Shown piece after piece: positions 18,099 to 18,159 of a stretch of 18,159 nt of DNA. Source of the stretch: Fidelibacterota bacterium. Lineage in GTDB: Bacteria; Fidelibacterota; Marinisomatia; Marinisomatales; TCS56. The notes beneath the pieces were generated by a model that worked only from the letters and a program-made list of their open reading frames with translations, was not told the origin of the DNA and did no database searches. How positions within the stretch are numbered: the first letter of the stretch is position 1; every line of letters starts with the position of its first letter. The position numbers and the translations under genes are program-made. The stretch is from NCBI GenBank assembly GCA_043822705.1, contig JBDRBK010000121.1, forward strand, positions 1 through 18,159. Direction: 5' to 3'.

Positions 18099-18159
18099 TT
18101 GAGCTGTCCTTAAGCTGTTGCAGCCATGGACGGGCTCGGACAGACCGGTATTTCGGATC

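Noticed and set aside
18099..18159. Possible attenuator, leader peptide or upstream gene end before ilvD
   Set aside because: Only 61 nt are visible. There is an RBS but no Ile/Leu/Val/Thr codon run or U-tailed hairpin, so nothing can be called.

Overview
Bacterial genomic window dominated by a GC-rich, ~17 kb minus-strand amino-acid biosynthesis super-operon with almost no intergenic space. In transcription order it reads ilvD (split in two by a 1-nt frameshift near 17007-17014), ilvB, ilvN, ilvC, leuB, leuA, leuC, leuD, cimA, ilvE, aspartate kinase (like the N-terminal half of ThrA, with no homoserine dehydrogenase domain), asd, thrB and thrC. Downstream on the same strand are two short hairpins, a 138-aa probably secreted hypothetical protein, an AT-richer 324-bp intergenic region with nested inverted repeats, and the 5' part of a secreted DUF4402/pilin-like protein that runs off the left edge. 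Main points of interest: the split ilvD with a GTGA start/stop overlap; no homoserine dehydrogenase in an otherwise complete Asp-to-Thr run; cimA present and ilvA absent (citramalate route to Ile); an apparently mosaic origin of the genes; and a candidate structured RNA at 384-545. I see no mobile element, CRISPR array, tRNA or rRNA. The enzymes are well-known families, so any novelty lies in organisation and in the uncharacterised left end. All family calls come from recalled motifs, not database searches.
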